Of a stretch of DNA of 64,000 nt, positions 1 to 14,000 are shown piece by piece. The notes beneath the pieces are model-generated. The model was not told the origin of the DNA. It worked only from the letters and a program-made list of their open reading frames with translations, and ran no database searches. Position 1 is the stretch's first letter. Every line of letters begins with the position of its first letter. The position numbers were made by a program, and so were the translations under genes. The stretch is from Sphaerodactylus townsendi (Eukaryota): the NCBI RefSeq assembly GCF_021028975.2, contig NC_059429.1, positions 100,688,001 to 100,752,000 on the forward strand. Direction: 5' to 3'.

Positions 1-620
1 TTGAGGGGCCAGGGACCACTAATAAATTGGCCTCCACAGAGCGGAGAGGCCGTGCAGGGAGTTAGCCTTCTGTGCTCATTCGATCTGTAGGTATTGCATG
101 GCCGAAGCATCAAATTTATGTTATGGTCCCCCCCTACCCCCCCAAAACCAACCCAAATAACAAAAAAGAGGGGGGGCGCTTCTGGTTTCAGATAGATTTG
201 TGAAAACATGCACAACATGAATGGAATGTTCAGACATTTAAGCAGGTTGACAATGCGGGTGTTTGTGTATCTGTGTTTGCAACCATAGTCTAAATTTTTC
301 TAATATCACTTTATATGGTCAAAATAGAACATGTGGAAATGCAGCTTTCTCGCAAACCCTTGGCTTCCACAAACTTGATTAATAGCTAGTCATTTCACCT
401 GAGGCTGTGGAGGAGATTCAGGCAGTGACTTGAATTCTCTCATCTTTTGGAGGGTCCACTGGAAGAGAACACCTGATCCACCTGAGGCTATTAAAGTACA
501 ATATCCTGTAACTACTAGTGCCTGTAATCCATCAATAAGCAATACCTTGGTGTCATGTACTTCTGGCCCTCTGTGTAGCCTACTCAGTCTCTCCCTTATG
601 TTCTTGCCATTCCTGTTCAG

Positions 621-851
621 CTGAAGGAAGATCACCAGAAGGCCCTCCTGAGGCGGGAATTTGAGCAGCAGAGTCTGAACCTTCAGAGGAGGCTGGAGCA
701 AAAATTCTGGAGCCAAGAGAAAAACCTTCTGGTGCAGGAATCCCAGCAGTTCAAGCAAAATTTCTTGCTCCTTTTCATGAAGCTCAAGTGGTTCCTGAAA
801 CGTTGGAGACAGGGCAAGATTCTGCAGAATGAAGGCAATGACTTCTTAGAG
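621..851 (+). CDS. MTCL2: MTCL2/SOGA1 internal coding exon (77 codons, coiled coil)
   Basis: ttcag|CTGAAG...TTAGAG|gtatgg; phase 0-0; LKEDHQKALLRREFEQQSLNLQRRLEQKFWSQEKNLLVQESQQFKQNFLLLFMKLKWFLKRWRQG matches recalled SOGA1/MTCL2 sequence. Confidence 0.92.
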
Positions 852-2291
852 GTATGGTGAGCAGCAAGCCGGCCAAGTGTGTACTTGGAGAACTACTATG
901 CTACCATTGAGACTGATGTGGCATAGTGGATAGGGTTGGACTAAAATACTCAGAGAACCTGCGTTCGAATCCCTGCTGTGCTATGGAAACTAGCTGGGTG
1001 ACCTTAGACCTGTCACACACTCAGCCTAACCTACCTTACAGCGTTGTTTCACAGCAAAGGATGTTCTAAGATGCTTTGGGTCCCCATTGGGAAGAAACAC
1101 AGGATATTAACAAAGTAATGCAAATGCATTTGATTTTAGAATAAACAGTTATAGCATTTGCAGGTGTTTTTGCTTCTGTTAATAGTTTTTGCTGAGTTTA
1201 CTTTTTTTCCAGTTCTGCAAACATGGCCACATTGTTTGCTCCCCATTTTCTGTAACTCAAGGGGAAGAAAGATAAGGTTAAGATAATAGAATGAATGGTA
1301 CTATTTGTCCATGTGATGTCATGTGATTTTTTTTCTTCTATTTTACCATGTGTATCAGAAGGGTCCCATATCAGCTCAGCTGTGTCTAACTCCTCCTGTC
1401 TGTTTTGTCTGTTCTTTGGAGGCAAGCTTCGCTGTCTGACCTTCAGCATTCAAGTCCCCTCAGCCATACATAGTATAGCAAAGTGAAGGTCAGCCATTTA
1501 GGGTGATTTTTGCATACAAGGCTTAGGTTTATTTATTTATAGTTAATTTTTTGTTTTTGTTTAGATCCGAATGCAAATTAATAACATTCAGGGTGGTGGG
1601 AACAAGACGTGTAAAATGCTTTTTATTATCACAGATGAAAATGTACTAAGAGAACTGGCCTCCTCACAGATGCAGAGAAAGTTGCAAAGTCTGCTGTTGC
1701 CTGAAGAGGCCTCGGCTGTTTGTGGCAGCCCGTAAGCCTCATTCTAGCATACATTCATTTTATCCCTGCTTTCTTTTAGAGAGGCATCATTTTTTGTTTG
1801 TTTTACTTGTCTGATAATCTCCTATCAAGCATTCCCTCATCTGAATAGGATGAGAAAGGGAGGTTTAGTCAGAGAGAGAGAAATAACACAGTCCCTTGCT
1901 AGTGCAGTGGATTCATTCCTGCTGAAAGCAAAATACATGGTCTGTGGGCAGCTGAGTGATTGTAGGCTTGGGAACAACAGCCTCTTTATAGGCCAGGCTG
2001 AGGAGGAATTCAGATGACTCTCCTCAGACGCAAGTGTACCATAGAGTGCCTGGTGCAGAAAAAGCGACAAGGCTGATGTGGCAATGGAGCAACGTTCCAA
2101 TGGACATGCTGCAGAGAGCCTCATCTGGTGCTCTAGCCTCTTCTGTTTACCTTATTGCACATAGTCCTAAGCCCCTGACCATTGGATGGACTTTACAGTA
2201 GGGCACATATTGTTTTTTTTGCACCCAAATCACATAGTGCAGACGTCCAAGCTCTCCTGCTTACGTTTTGCTCCGTTCTGTGCTTTCTCAG

Positions 2292-2399
2292 GTGAACAGC
2301 ATGAAAGAACTGTACCTGCTGATAGAAGAGGAGGAACTGAACCCCCAGCAGCAAGCAGATAACAAGACGTGTGCTGGAGAACTCTGGTCTCAGAACGCG
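2292..2399 (+). CDS. MTCL2: MTCL2/SOGA1 coding exon (36 codons)
   Basis: ttctcag|GTGAAC...AACGCG|gtgagc; VNSMKELYLLIEEEELNPQQQADNKTCAGELWSQNA; phase 0-0. Confidence 0.9.
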
Positions 2400-2459
2400 G
2401 TGAGCTGGGATGTGGGAGCAATAGGAGACCCGGCATCTATAGAGCTTCAGCTTCTGAGG

Positions 2460-2592
2460 NNNNNNNNNNNNNNNNNNNNNNNNNNNNNNNNNNNNNNNNN
2501 NNNNNNNNNNNNNNNNNNNNNNNNNNNNNNNNNNNNNNNNNNNNNNNNNNNNNNNNNNNNNNNNNNNNNNNNNNNNNNNNNNNNNNNNNNNN
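2460..2592. other. assembly gap (N run)
   Basis: run of n. Confidence 1.
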
Positions 2593-4533
2593 CTTGATAC
2601 CTCTGCTTGATTTGCATTCATCTGAACAGATGAACTGACTTCTTTGAAAGTTCTGCCTGTAGTGTTTGATCTCAGATGGCCCGCATATGTATGCAAGGAG
2701 AGCTAACTTTGGTGCCTATCTTGGTAGGTATCTTTGGTGCCTGTGGTGAAAAATCTGTGAACTCTTTTTGGGCAGGTTCCAAACTTCCACATTAAATCAG
2801 TCTCAGAAGCAACTTTTTATTCCTGCATGGATACTAATGGAGTGCAGCAGTCCCCAAAGCAGTCCCAGGACAGTGCAAAGTAAAAGGGGAGAAATTGCCT
2901 CTTAAGAAAAATAGGTGCTGAATAAATCAAATTAAATATGCTGCATTTGCCTGAATCAGGTAGGAAAGTGTGAAAATCTGATCTTGAGTCTGGTACAAGG
3001 AGTAGAGGCAGGCGGAGGGGGGGAGCAGAGAAAACCCACACCTGTTCCTGGGATCAGAGTGATCTGTTTACACCCACAGTGATCCTGAAAGCTTTTCAGG
3101 AAAGAGACGAACAGAGATGGTTTGCTATTGTCTGCCTCTTTATAGCAACCTTGGATTTCTTTGGTCTTCCATCCTGGTACTGGCCACAGCCAACCCTGCT
3201 TAGCTTTCAAGAGCTGAGGAGATCAGGCTAGCTTGAGTCATCCAGGGTCGGGGCCATCTGGGGTTAGGAAAAAGCCCTGTAGAAGTGATCCTTTATCATC
3301 ACGCAGGGCGTCTCAGAAGGGGCGGGCTTGCTGTTTCTTCCCTGAAAGAGATTGATGTGCAAAGTGAAAAGATCAGGATCACATCTCCCTTGCATGCTAT
3401 GAGCCATGGAAGAAGAGGGGAGAGGGCAATGAAGGTTTGAGGCAGATGTGTGTTATTTTATTCACTGGTCACATGGTTTCGAGCCACCCCTCCCATTCTT
3501 CCCCATGTTTCCTCCGTACCTCCCCTCCCATGGCCGCAGTCCTGGCTGCAAAATGAAAGATTCCAAGGCTGCAGGTAGTAAAAATAACAATAGTTTAAGA
3601 TATGCATGGTAAGTAAATTTGATAGAAAATACAGTTTGGATTTTTGGAATTTGAATTTTCCAAAACAATGTTGGGAGCAGGAGGAAAGATAAAAGTGGGA
3701 GCGCTGACATTTGAATATGCCCAGGATTCCCAGATTGATCTTTGTGCTTAATCGGGTTTCCTTTGCAAGCCGGGTTGCACCATACAAAGTCTTAAGTGTT
3801 CTGTAGCTCCCCCCTCCATGGAAAGATGCCTTTTGCTTGCTTTTTTAAAGGCTGCTGACATAGAGCCAAATCAGACAAGATTATGGAATTTCGTGAGCAG
3901 AGTTTCCAGGGGTTTTACAAATTCAATTATCGGACTTCAGAATTCTTATACCAGTCAGGAAAATGGCATGAAGTGAAGGGGAGAGTCAGGTTTGACTCCC
4001 CACTCCTTCACATGAGCATCAGACTGTAGTCTGGTAAACCTAGTCTGGGTTTATTTCCCACTGTTCCATAAGAAGGCTGCTGGATGACTTCAGGCCAGTC
4101 ACAGTTCTCTCAGAACTCTCTCAGCCCCACTTACCTCACAAGGTATCTTGGGGGAGGGGAAGGAAAGGTTTTAAGCTGCTTTGAGGCTCAAATGTCGACA
4201 AACGCAGGGTATAAAAACCAACTCTTCATCTACGTTTGTGTCTAAGAGTGTCAGACCTAGGACTTGGGTGACCCAGATGCAAATCCAGGAAACTCACTAT
4301 GTGACCTTGGACCATTCACACTCTCCATTATCTACCTTACACGATTGCTGTAAGGCTAAATTGAGAGATGGGAGGACTGTGTATATGTCTGTGATCTCTC
4401 TCTGGAGAAAGGACAAGGTAAAAATATAATCTAAAGGAATTTCTGGTGCTCAGAGGATTGTAGGAGGTGGTAACCAGTGGCTACACTGTCCAAAATACAT
4501 CAGAATTTATTAAGCATTTTTTTATCTTAGCAG

Positions 4534-4701
4534 CCCAATGAGTACGTCAAGACCCTGTCAGACATGAAGGTGATCTTAAAGGAACTGTGCACAGAGCTGC
4601 GTGAAGAGAGGAGAGGCATGAACGAACTGCAGCAACAGTTTGTCAAGGCCAAGGCAACCTGGGAGATGGAGAGGACTGAGCTCAAATGTCTCATCACACA
4701 G
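4534..4701 (+). CDS. MTCL2: MTCL2/SOGA1 coding exon (56 codons)
   Basis: tagcag|CCCAAT...ACACAG|gtcaga; PNEYVKTLSDMKVILKELCTELREERRGMNELQQQFVKAKATWEMERTELKCLITQ; phase 0-0. Confidence 0.9.
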
Positions 4702-5864
4702 GTCAGACTTTCAAGAATCACACTTTACTCTGTCAGCTCCCTGTGTAAGCCCCTTCCAGACTAGGGATACCATTTTCCCTCTGGGGTTGGGGGATGCCGA
4801 TGCCCCTGATTTCCTTTTCCCATGTTTGCCATTTTTGCAGCCCCTGGGAGGAAAATAATGTTAAAAAATGCTGACAACAATAACATGAACTCATTCTGGG
4901 AAAACCTGGAAGTGAAGACAGTCTTTTCTAGGAATCACTGAAAACTCTGTGGTTTTACCATGGACTTTTTTATGATTCCTAGAGAGACGTGACATTACTC
5001 CTTCGTTCCCCCAAAAGTGACATCATGCTGTTGACAACTCCACAGAATGTTCCTGCTTGTCTCCTGCTAGTCTCTGTTGCAACAAGTTGTGCTCATCCTG
5101 CTGAGACCTTCAGTTATGTTCTGTGATGGGAGAAGGGGGCCTCTGAAATCAATCAGGTGATGCCTCTTGATAGCAGAGCATCAAATCCACAGAACTCTAG
5201 GGTATGTGTAGCTTCATAAATTGGAAGGAGTGCACTGTACACACTAAACTTGACAGTCTTTCTGCTGAAAGGGTTTCTGTAGTAGACAGAGCTGTCAGTT
5301 GTTGAGGGGCCTATTTCTGCCCACCTTTTCTGTGAAAAATATCTGAAATGGTGTAATTCTAAATGTGGGTCATATAGGTAGGCCGATCAGTGAGAGAGTC
5401 CCACAAGAGACATTGATAATGTGAGTTAAGCACTGTTGCTTTCTTTGTCTGGGAAAGGATCGTGTTGGAAGGAAGCAGGACAGCATCTATGTGAGGAACC
5501 AATAAACTGGCAGTTTTGGTACAATGTGAGAATGATTACAAGGTACAATATTATTCATTTTGGACTATGCTGGCTTTTGCCTGAGGTGTAATTTCAGCCA
5601 GTTGTCTGACCTGGTGCTCATTTAAATACAATAGTAATAAAGCAGAGAGTATGTCTGCATGCACTCAGAGTTATTTTCCTCACTACTGAGCAATCTCACG
5701 CATCTGTGATGAGGAACCAGGCCTTGTAGGTCAGGCAGAGTCTTTTTCTAGGCAGGCTTGAGTTACTTTGAGTGTCTCTCACTCAGTGTCCTAGTTTCTG
5801 ACAGTGTGCTTTGCATAGGAGGTGGCAGAAACCCACTTATGAATTACTTTGTTCTAGGCAACAG

Positions 5865-6720
5865 GTTATTATCTATAGTGCTGTCTACATGGCATTCTGC
5901 AGAGCAACAAACGAGACAATAAGTCTGTGCCCCAGGGAGCTTGTAATCTAAAGTTTAGCACAGGATGAAGCTGTAGAAAGGTGAAAAGTTGGAGGGAAGT
6001 GGAATAAAGGAAGAATGTGCGTGCATGCCCCAAAGTCAGTTTTGAGAGGCGATTTGAAAGGAAGTGCGAAATGGCACTTTGTAGCTCTTGGCCTTCCAGC
6101 ATAAGGGGCAGCAAAGGAGGATGAGAAGGTTTGTTTAAGGGAACAGGAGAATTTAGATGACTGGAGAAGCAGTGGTCAGAAACCTTTAGAGGGAAGGGTA
6201 TGAACACGAGGGGAGCAAGAACATGGAGGCTTTACATGTGAAGATGGGGGATATAGGCTGGCCAGGGATGATACATGTTGTCAATGTGGAGACCCATTTC
6301 GGAGACATCACACGTCAGAACAACAGGAGAGGGGAACAATTTAGGATTTAGTGGATACAGGTGGGATTCTTGAGATGTAAAAAAGATCAGGTTAGAGAAG
6401 ACTGTAGTAATCAAGTCATGATCAGGGCATGGGTCAGACTTCTGCTTAAGAAGAAAGAGAAGAGCTGACATTTTTGCAGTGTTGTACAGGCAGAAGCTGC
6501 ACAACACAACTGAATATGGGCAGCAAATGAGAGGGGGAATGGAGTACAACATAAAGCCAACGTTTTGTATCTTATCAGCAAGGTGGATATTGGTGGTGTC
6601 TGACGGTGCAAAAAGTATATGAAGAGAGAAGGAATAAGAGGAAAGTTGAGGCGTTTGGAAATCTGACATATCTGCATGGATTCTTTTTTGCTGCCACAGA
6701 CCAGCAGTTGGAGATGTGGG
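5865..6720 (-). mobile_element. old L2 LINE 3' fragment
   Basis: minus translation IQNVGFML...CSFCLYNTAK resembles the L2 ORF2 C-terminus (RNLGVILD...SCRFYLHNISK); gagcttgtaatctaa 3'-end motif and (AAT)n tail. Confidence 0.7.
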
Positions 6721-9700
6721 ATTGTATGGAAAGGGAGAGTTAAAGGTCAGAGCTTTATGTCCTCAGTGTCCAAGTAGGTCTGAAAAAAGTTAGTTTGGAT
6801 TAGAGCGTGAAATGCCACCACTGAACAAAGCATGGTCACGATGTAAACACTATAGGAATAAAAGCTTTTTTTGGGTCTCATGTAACTTTGATGACTGCAT
6901 GATGGGTAGATGTTCAACAGCTGGATCCTTTTCATGTATGATGAGAAAAGCTGAATTTCTGCCTGGTATGTAGGTTACAAAGACTCAGCAACCCTGGTAG
7001 AAAAACATAGACCACCCTGAACTGCTGCCTTTCCAAGAGGAAAAATAAGCAGAATGCTACAGTTCTTCTTAACTGGATGTTGTAAAAAACATGGAACTTG
7101 CACTGTGTTACCTTACTCTCCTTGTCTAATACAAACAATGTGCAGTGTGCCGTCATCACACTGCCTTTTTCCGCCCTCGCCTCTCATAATCTTTTCCATG
7201 AGGTGGGAGGTGGGAGATCCACAACACAATGAATCATCATTTGTTCTTTCTGTGTTAAACACTATGAGGAAGAGTGAGTAAAGAGAGAGTGTCTGCTCCT
7301 TTTACAGTGTCTGGTTTGGCCTTGGCATTTAGGTGGTACTTGCATGAGATTGTGCAGACATGGCCTGGTGCCTGTCCTTTTTGTGTGTTTATTTCACTCT
7401 TGCACTCTGCTGCATATGGCAAGCACAGCAAGAAAGCCTCTTGTCAACCGGCATGACGTTAGGACTAATGCAGTCTGGCACTCAGCCTTGGTGTGTGGCT
7501 TTGGAAAAATGTAATAAAATTGAAGTCTTTATACTGTAGCTTTGCAGCAGCTTGCTGTAGAAATAGCCGAGCAACGGTGTTTCTGCCCAACAAAGGGCTC
7601 CCTTCAGAGCCGGCTGCAAGCAGCTCACGAGCTTCCTCTCCATGTGTTCCAAAACACTCTGGCTTTGTGGATGCTTGCAGCAAAATCCCCAGATGTGGCT
7701 GTAAACGTTGCCTTCAGCATTATGCCTTTTAAAATTAAGACTCAGGGTACAAACTGACTCATGTATTTATTTGTTTAAAACATTTATATGTTTTAACATA
7801 CCATACCCCTAAACCAGCTGTTTCTTAGACAGACTTACAATTAAAATTAAATAATTATTTTAAGAAAATCTGCAAAAGTAGCAAAACTCTAAGCAGCCCC
7901 TCAAAGTGCAGCAGAGATTTTGTATCATGCTACTTATGCCCTTGCTTGCACGCTTGCATGCCTGCTTATGCGGCAGCACATTAAACCCTTATGAGTAGAT
8001 TCTCCTTTTCCTGTGCCCTGCTTCCGCAAAAAACAAACCCCAAAACATTATTGCATTCCTGTTGGCAGCCCTGTTTCTTTTGTAAGTTCCACAGTCTAGT
8101 TCATGTAATGGGAAGCTAGTCCACCAAATTCAGCCTGGGTTATCCTCATTCAACTTCACACTCGTGGCTGCACTGAGGATACGTGAGCAGTCACAGTTTA
8201 CAGGCAGTGGTGCTCATGACTTGGGTAACATTTTCACCTCAGATTTTCATGACTGCAGAAACCGGAAGCGTCAGTTGTGTGCAGGTGTTCACCATTTTAT
8301 ATGTTATATACTCCTTGTGAAGGGACTTCTACATCAGCTAGTTAACAGCCATGTGAAGTTCACTCCTGTTTTTAACTCTGACCCTCTGACTGTGTTGTAG
8401 GTCACAGATCTTCTACTCTGAGAGTGTTTGTGGTTGCCATATGTGTAGGAACAAAACAGTATCCAAAGCCATTGCTTATAGGCTCCTTGGAATTCCATGT
8501 GGTGTCCTTCCTTGATGTTTAGTTTTCTTGAAAGAGGCAAGAAAACATCACATTCTTTGTTCCTTCTGTGTTCTTTTTGTTTTCTAATCCTTTGTGGGCA
8601 TCTGAGTTCTAACTCTTAGGCTAAATATTTATTTCCATCAAGGGCAGGAAAACATTAAGAGAAGCATCAATATTTTGATAGTTATCTCAGCTGCCCCTCC
8701 AAGGCTGGTGTCCAAGAAGCTTTCTCCATTTTGTATGCTGGAAGTGATGTCTGAAAGTCTGGCAACGTGATATCACAAAAGACTCAGACACATGTTCAGA
8801 TAATGTGCATGTACGTGAATGTGCAGTTCAGGCTGCTTGTGTACCATTTTCATAAAGAGTAAATGTGGTGGGGTTAGTGTGTAGAAGGGAAATGAGCTGT
8901 CTGGTTTGTGGCTAAAATGAAGAGTATCATCCTCACCCTTTGTGAATTGCTGAGTCACCTGCTTATTTCCTCTGCCATTAAAATAACTTATGAAGAAGCA
9001 AGCTCATATCCTGTGTGCCCCCTCATGCTGCTCCCAGTCTTTTGTAAAAGACTACTTTCATTTTTGCTCTCAAATCTCCTCAACACTGTCATCATAGACT
9101 ATTTCATCATAATAACAGTGTGACTATTTTTTGCGCACTTCATTATTCCAGCACCTTTCTAGCACTGTTAGAAACCCTGTGGATTCACACAGCAGTGATG
9201 GTTTTAAAAAGCCTGTGTATGGGAATGGATGCTGGTAATTTCCTAAACCCTTCCATTAAAACCTAAGTGTGACCTTAGCTCCTTTTCTCTCTTAATCTCA
9301 TTTTGACTGAAGTTCTTGTTTTGTTTTGCCTTGTATGCTGCAACTGTGAATGAATGAATAAAGGTTTCCAAAATCATCCCGGACATTTTTGAACAACCTG
9401 TGACAGGTCAGGCCCAGTATCAATAACTCCTGGGAGTAAAGCAGTTTGAGGTAGAGTCTTTGGGTGTTTACCAGGTTTCTTGGGATCTTGGGAACTCCTG
9501 TGAACTTCTGCCTCTCTTCTTTCAGGCCCAATTTTGCTCCCTCTGTCTCACTCTTCCCAATCAGAAGCTCTAAAAACTGACTTGGTTGCTGCTACAAAAG
9601 GACCGCCTCAGTTCCTTACACATTACAGTTATGATACCTCTGCAGGGACTTTGCAGGACTTAGTGTTTTACCTGTTGAAAGTGACTGTTTTCATGTTTAC

Positions 9701-10576
9701 TTCAGAGGCAGCAAGATGAAGCAATCAATTGCTTACCTATGGAGGTGTGGGGTATTCAAGCACTCCCCAAACCAACCAAGCTGTTTGATTCTAGTTCCTT
9801 TTCAGAGCATACTTTCATCAAGGTGATTAATTCCGTAATATTTCCTAACACCTCTTCGGCTCAGTATTGATGATCTGTCCTATTAAGTGGGCAAAGGCTG
9901 TTCTGTTGTGATTGTAAAGTCAATTTCTTTTCATGGGCTTTCCTCAAAAGAAAAGCCAGATTTGGCCCTGCCCTGCCTCTCAGCATGGTTGCTCTTGTCT
10001 GTAAACACCCATCTTTTCGCCAGCTATGTGTTCAGCATCACATAAAGTGTTTGGGTGCAGCCTGAAATTATCGGGATCTTAATGGCTGCCATTGAGGCAA
10101 TCTCTGTTTATGAATGTTATTGATTTCTCTCCCATCCTTTAGCTGATGTGAGTGAAAAATATTAAGCATTATGTGTGCCGCACCTAGGTCCTTCAGGGAA
10201 ATGTGTTTATTAGGAGGCAATTAATAGACACTTGGCCCTTGTTCAGAGTTATGTGGATCAGTATTGATCATTCTGTTCTAGCTCACTATTGAAAACCCTG
10301 CTGCCCATCCTGTGGTTTGCCGCAGTGATAAAAAATGCGGAACCTGCTTTGAGTCAGACCAGACAGTACACAGACCAGACAGACAGTAGGCACTTTAGTT
10401 TTGTATTGTCAATTAGAGGCTCAGGGTTATATTTATTTAAAAGATTTATGTCTTGCTTCTCAGTGTAAAAAATTTTTAAAGGCACTCTTAAGGTGGACAA
10501 TGAGATGAGCACAATGATTTCAGGGCTTCTGGTGGTCTTGCCGAACTTGAACCAATAAATACTAACTTAAAATTTC

Positions 10577-10772
10577 TGTTGAAGTCTTTCACAGCCAGAA
10601 TCAACAGACTGCTGTGGATTTTTTTGGGCTGTGTGGACATGGTGTGGTAGTTTTTGCTGCTAATGTTTCCTTGTATGTATGGCTGGCATTGCCTCTGAAG
10701 ATGCCAACCATAGATGCAGACAAAACATAAACTACCAGGCCATGGTCACACAGCCCAGAAAACCCACAACAG
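10577..10772. mobile_element. two inverted Penelope-like pseudo-LTR fragments
   Basis: minus copy 10577-10690 abuts plus copy 10692-10772 (cctCTGAAGAtgcc...cagcccagaaaacccac); same family as 32783, 39812, 63565. Confidence 0.7.
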
Positions 10773-11009
10773 TTAAACATTACTTTTCAGGAGTTATAAA
10801 CATGCATGAATTCTTTTAATTGTCATATACCCCATGCTCTCCATTGACATTTGCAGCAGTAGAGTATTTCTGAAATTTGTTTTCCAGCTTGAAATTGATC
10901 ATTCACCAGTTCATAAGTTAGCTCTGATATGCACAAATGTTGAACAAACTCACAGATTACTTAGGAAAATCCAGTCCCATGCACAGAGGTTTTCTTTATT
11001 CCCTAGCAT

Positions 11010-14000
11010 CAGAGGTGTAGCTAGGTAGACTGGAGCCCGGGGACAAAACTTGAGTTTGGCGCCCCCCCCCCCGGTGTGGGTGGCCATTCCCCCCCCCCCC
11101 CCACAACCAAACAATGATTTTTTGCACCAGGTCATTTCTAAATCACCATAGAACATGCCCCAACACAGCAATAGTCTATACCACTCAGCAAAAATCAAAC
11201 ATTTAGACAATTTTTTCAGAATGCTTTCAAAATGTTTTACTACAGCAGTCGTCCCTAGGCAGAAGGGAAAGTAGCTGCCACATTCCTCCAAGCCAGGCAG
11301 TGCAAGTAAGCATGTAAATCTCTCACAAATCACCCCCAGCAAAACATTTGCCAAACGAATGTCAGCGTCATCTCTCACAAAACACCTCCCAGCCCCAGCA
11401 TAACATACATGGCTCTCTCCCCAATCAAATGTCTTTCCTAATTTTGTCCTCACACCAACCCTATGAGGTAGGTTGTTAGCCTGAGAAACAGCTCCAGCCA
11501 GTGCAAGTGGGTATTTAGCATGCAAATCTCAAAAATCACCCCCAGACAGCTCTACTCCAGCTGTCAGGATGAGTGGTGTCACCACCACCCCCTTCCTTGC
11601 CAGGCTCGTATACAGTGGTCCATGGGCTTAGATTGGAGAACTCTGTATAGCAGTGGTGGCGAACCTATGGCACGGGTGCCAGAGGTGGCACTCAGAGCCC
11701 TCTCTGTGGGCACACACAGAGTCGCCCACAGACACACACACATACAGCATTTATTGGTAACTGATTAATCTGAGATTTAATTATCTGTGACTGCATCCCA
11801 GAGAGTCACCCATTATTTCCCCAGCATTCCCGCTTCCTCTGGTGCAGTATCACTAGAGTGCTTTAAAAACATTGGCTGTTGCTATTGCTATCACACCATC
11901 CTGATTAGCCCAGTTGGGTTCAAGGTTGTCAGGACTTAGAGGCTAAGTAGGGTCACCCATGGTCACTACTTGGATAGGAGGAGACTACCAAGGAAGACCA
12001 GGTTGCTATGCAGAGGAAAGCAATAGCTAACCACCTCTGTTTCTTGCCTGGAATGCTCCATGCAAAGGATTGTCATGAGTCAGTTGCAACTCAATGGAAT
12101 GTTCTCTTTAATTTGTATTCCAAAAGTGTGCACTTGAAGTTCTAAAAATCCTTTGCCATGATCTCTGAATTCTCAGCTTTCATTAACACCCCCCCCTCAA
12201 TAGACTTATTCTTTGCAGAGTTATAAAGCTAGAAATTCAGAAATCATGCTGGTAGATCTTTGGTAGTACACACTTTCTGACCTCCTAAACCTCATTGTGA
12301 GGCTGGGGATGGGAAGAAGCAGTGGTGGGATTCTAATTTTTTAACAGCTGGATCTTTCCCAACCAGCTGGGCAGCCTCCTTGGAAAGGAGAGTTGCTCAA
12401 GCCAGCAACCCTCATCTGGGGGCTGCTGGGGCTTCTCTCCTACAAGGAGGGCTGGGGAAGAGGTTGGCTGGGGAAGAGGTGAAGAGGGAACCACAGTTCC
12501 ATCCACGTAATTTTTAAGCACTTCACTATTTGAATTTTTTAACAGGATATGTTGGGGATCAGTAATAAAGGCAATCTGCGGCTATATCCTGTGCCTGTCT
12601 GAGCCCCCTCCCAGCAGGGTGTCCCCCCTACAAAGTGCCCCCCTAGGAAGACTCCTAGTTTGGTACAGGGTGGGAACCTTGCCAGCCTGTGTCCCGCCAG
12701 GGATTCCCGCTTGCCAACTTCCCTGCCAGGACTTTGGTCCTTCCTTGTCCCAGCCCCCTCATCATAAGGCGCCGAGCTGGCATCCCCACCACCCCTGAAG
12801 TTTTCCTTGGGGTTCTGCATCACTACCTGCACCCGCTCTAACCACTACTGCTCCACAAGTGCCTGGCACCAGCCACAGGAAGGAATCGAAACTGCCTGTT
12901 GGGGCGGGAGGAGCGATGGGCCCACGGAGGAAAACTAAACAAACCTTCCTGGTGGAGAACCAACAAGCGCTGCTAGGACTGGAGTCCCCCTCCCATTCCC
13001 GCCTATTTGGGCGCCTCTAAATAAAGGGAGGGAGCTGACCAGGCCGTCTGCGCCCCCCCCCGGGCCATTTGCATGCACCCCGCACCCCGTGAGCGTGTGC
13101 TTGCCGTCTACTCCACCAGTCCTCTCCCAGCCAGAGCGCCCTTCGGTGCTGCCGCCCGCCCGTTCCCTGCTCAGAACAGGAGGCCGTGTGAAGCGGCCGC
13201 ATCCCTCTCCCCGCAAGTGCATGAGGTCGAATAAAGCCTCCAGCACCCAGCCAGCAGCACCCCCCTTCTCTCTCCCTCACTACCTTCCCAAGCCTCTTCT
13301 AAGGCCAGTTGTTATGCCAGGGGGAGGGGGGAGCAAAACTAAACAAACCTTCCTGGTGGAGAAGCAACAAGCCCTGCAAGGACTGGAGTCCCCCTCCATG
13401 CCCACCTATTCAGGCGCCTCTAAATACAGGGAGGGAGCTGACCAGGCTGTCTGCCCCCCCCCCCAGCGTCTGCTTGCCACCTACTCTCCCAGCCAGGCGC
13501 CCTTCGGCGGCGGCACCCGGCGGCCCAGCTGGCGTGCGCCCGCTCGTTCTCTGCTCCAGAACAGGAGGCCGTGTGAAGCGGCCGCATCACTCCCAGCGAG
13601 TGCATGAGGTCGAATAAAGCCTCCGGCGTCCAGCCAGCAGCAACCCCCTTCTTTCTCCCTCCCTCAGCCTCTTCTAAAGGCCTTGAGTGAGTCGTTATGC
13701 CAGGGGAGGGCAATGAGCCCGCAGGGGAAAACTAAACAAACCTCCCTCGAGGGAGAAGCAACAAGCCCTGCAGGACTGGAGTCCACCTCCCATGCCCACC
13801 TATTCAGGCGCCTCTAAACACAGGAAAGGAGGCTGGCAGCGGCGCACCGACGGCCCAGATGGCGTGCAGCCCGGTGCCCCCTGTTCTCTGCTCAGAACGG
13901 GAGGCTGTGTGAAGTGACCGCATCCCCCCCCCCCCGCAAGTGCGAGGTCGAATAAAGCCTCCAGCACCCAGCCAGCAGCAACCCCTTCTTTCTCCCTCAC

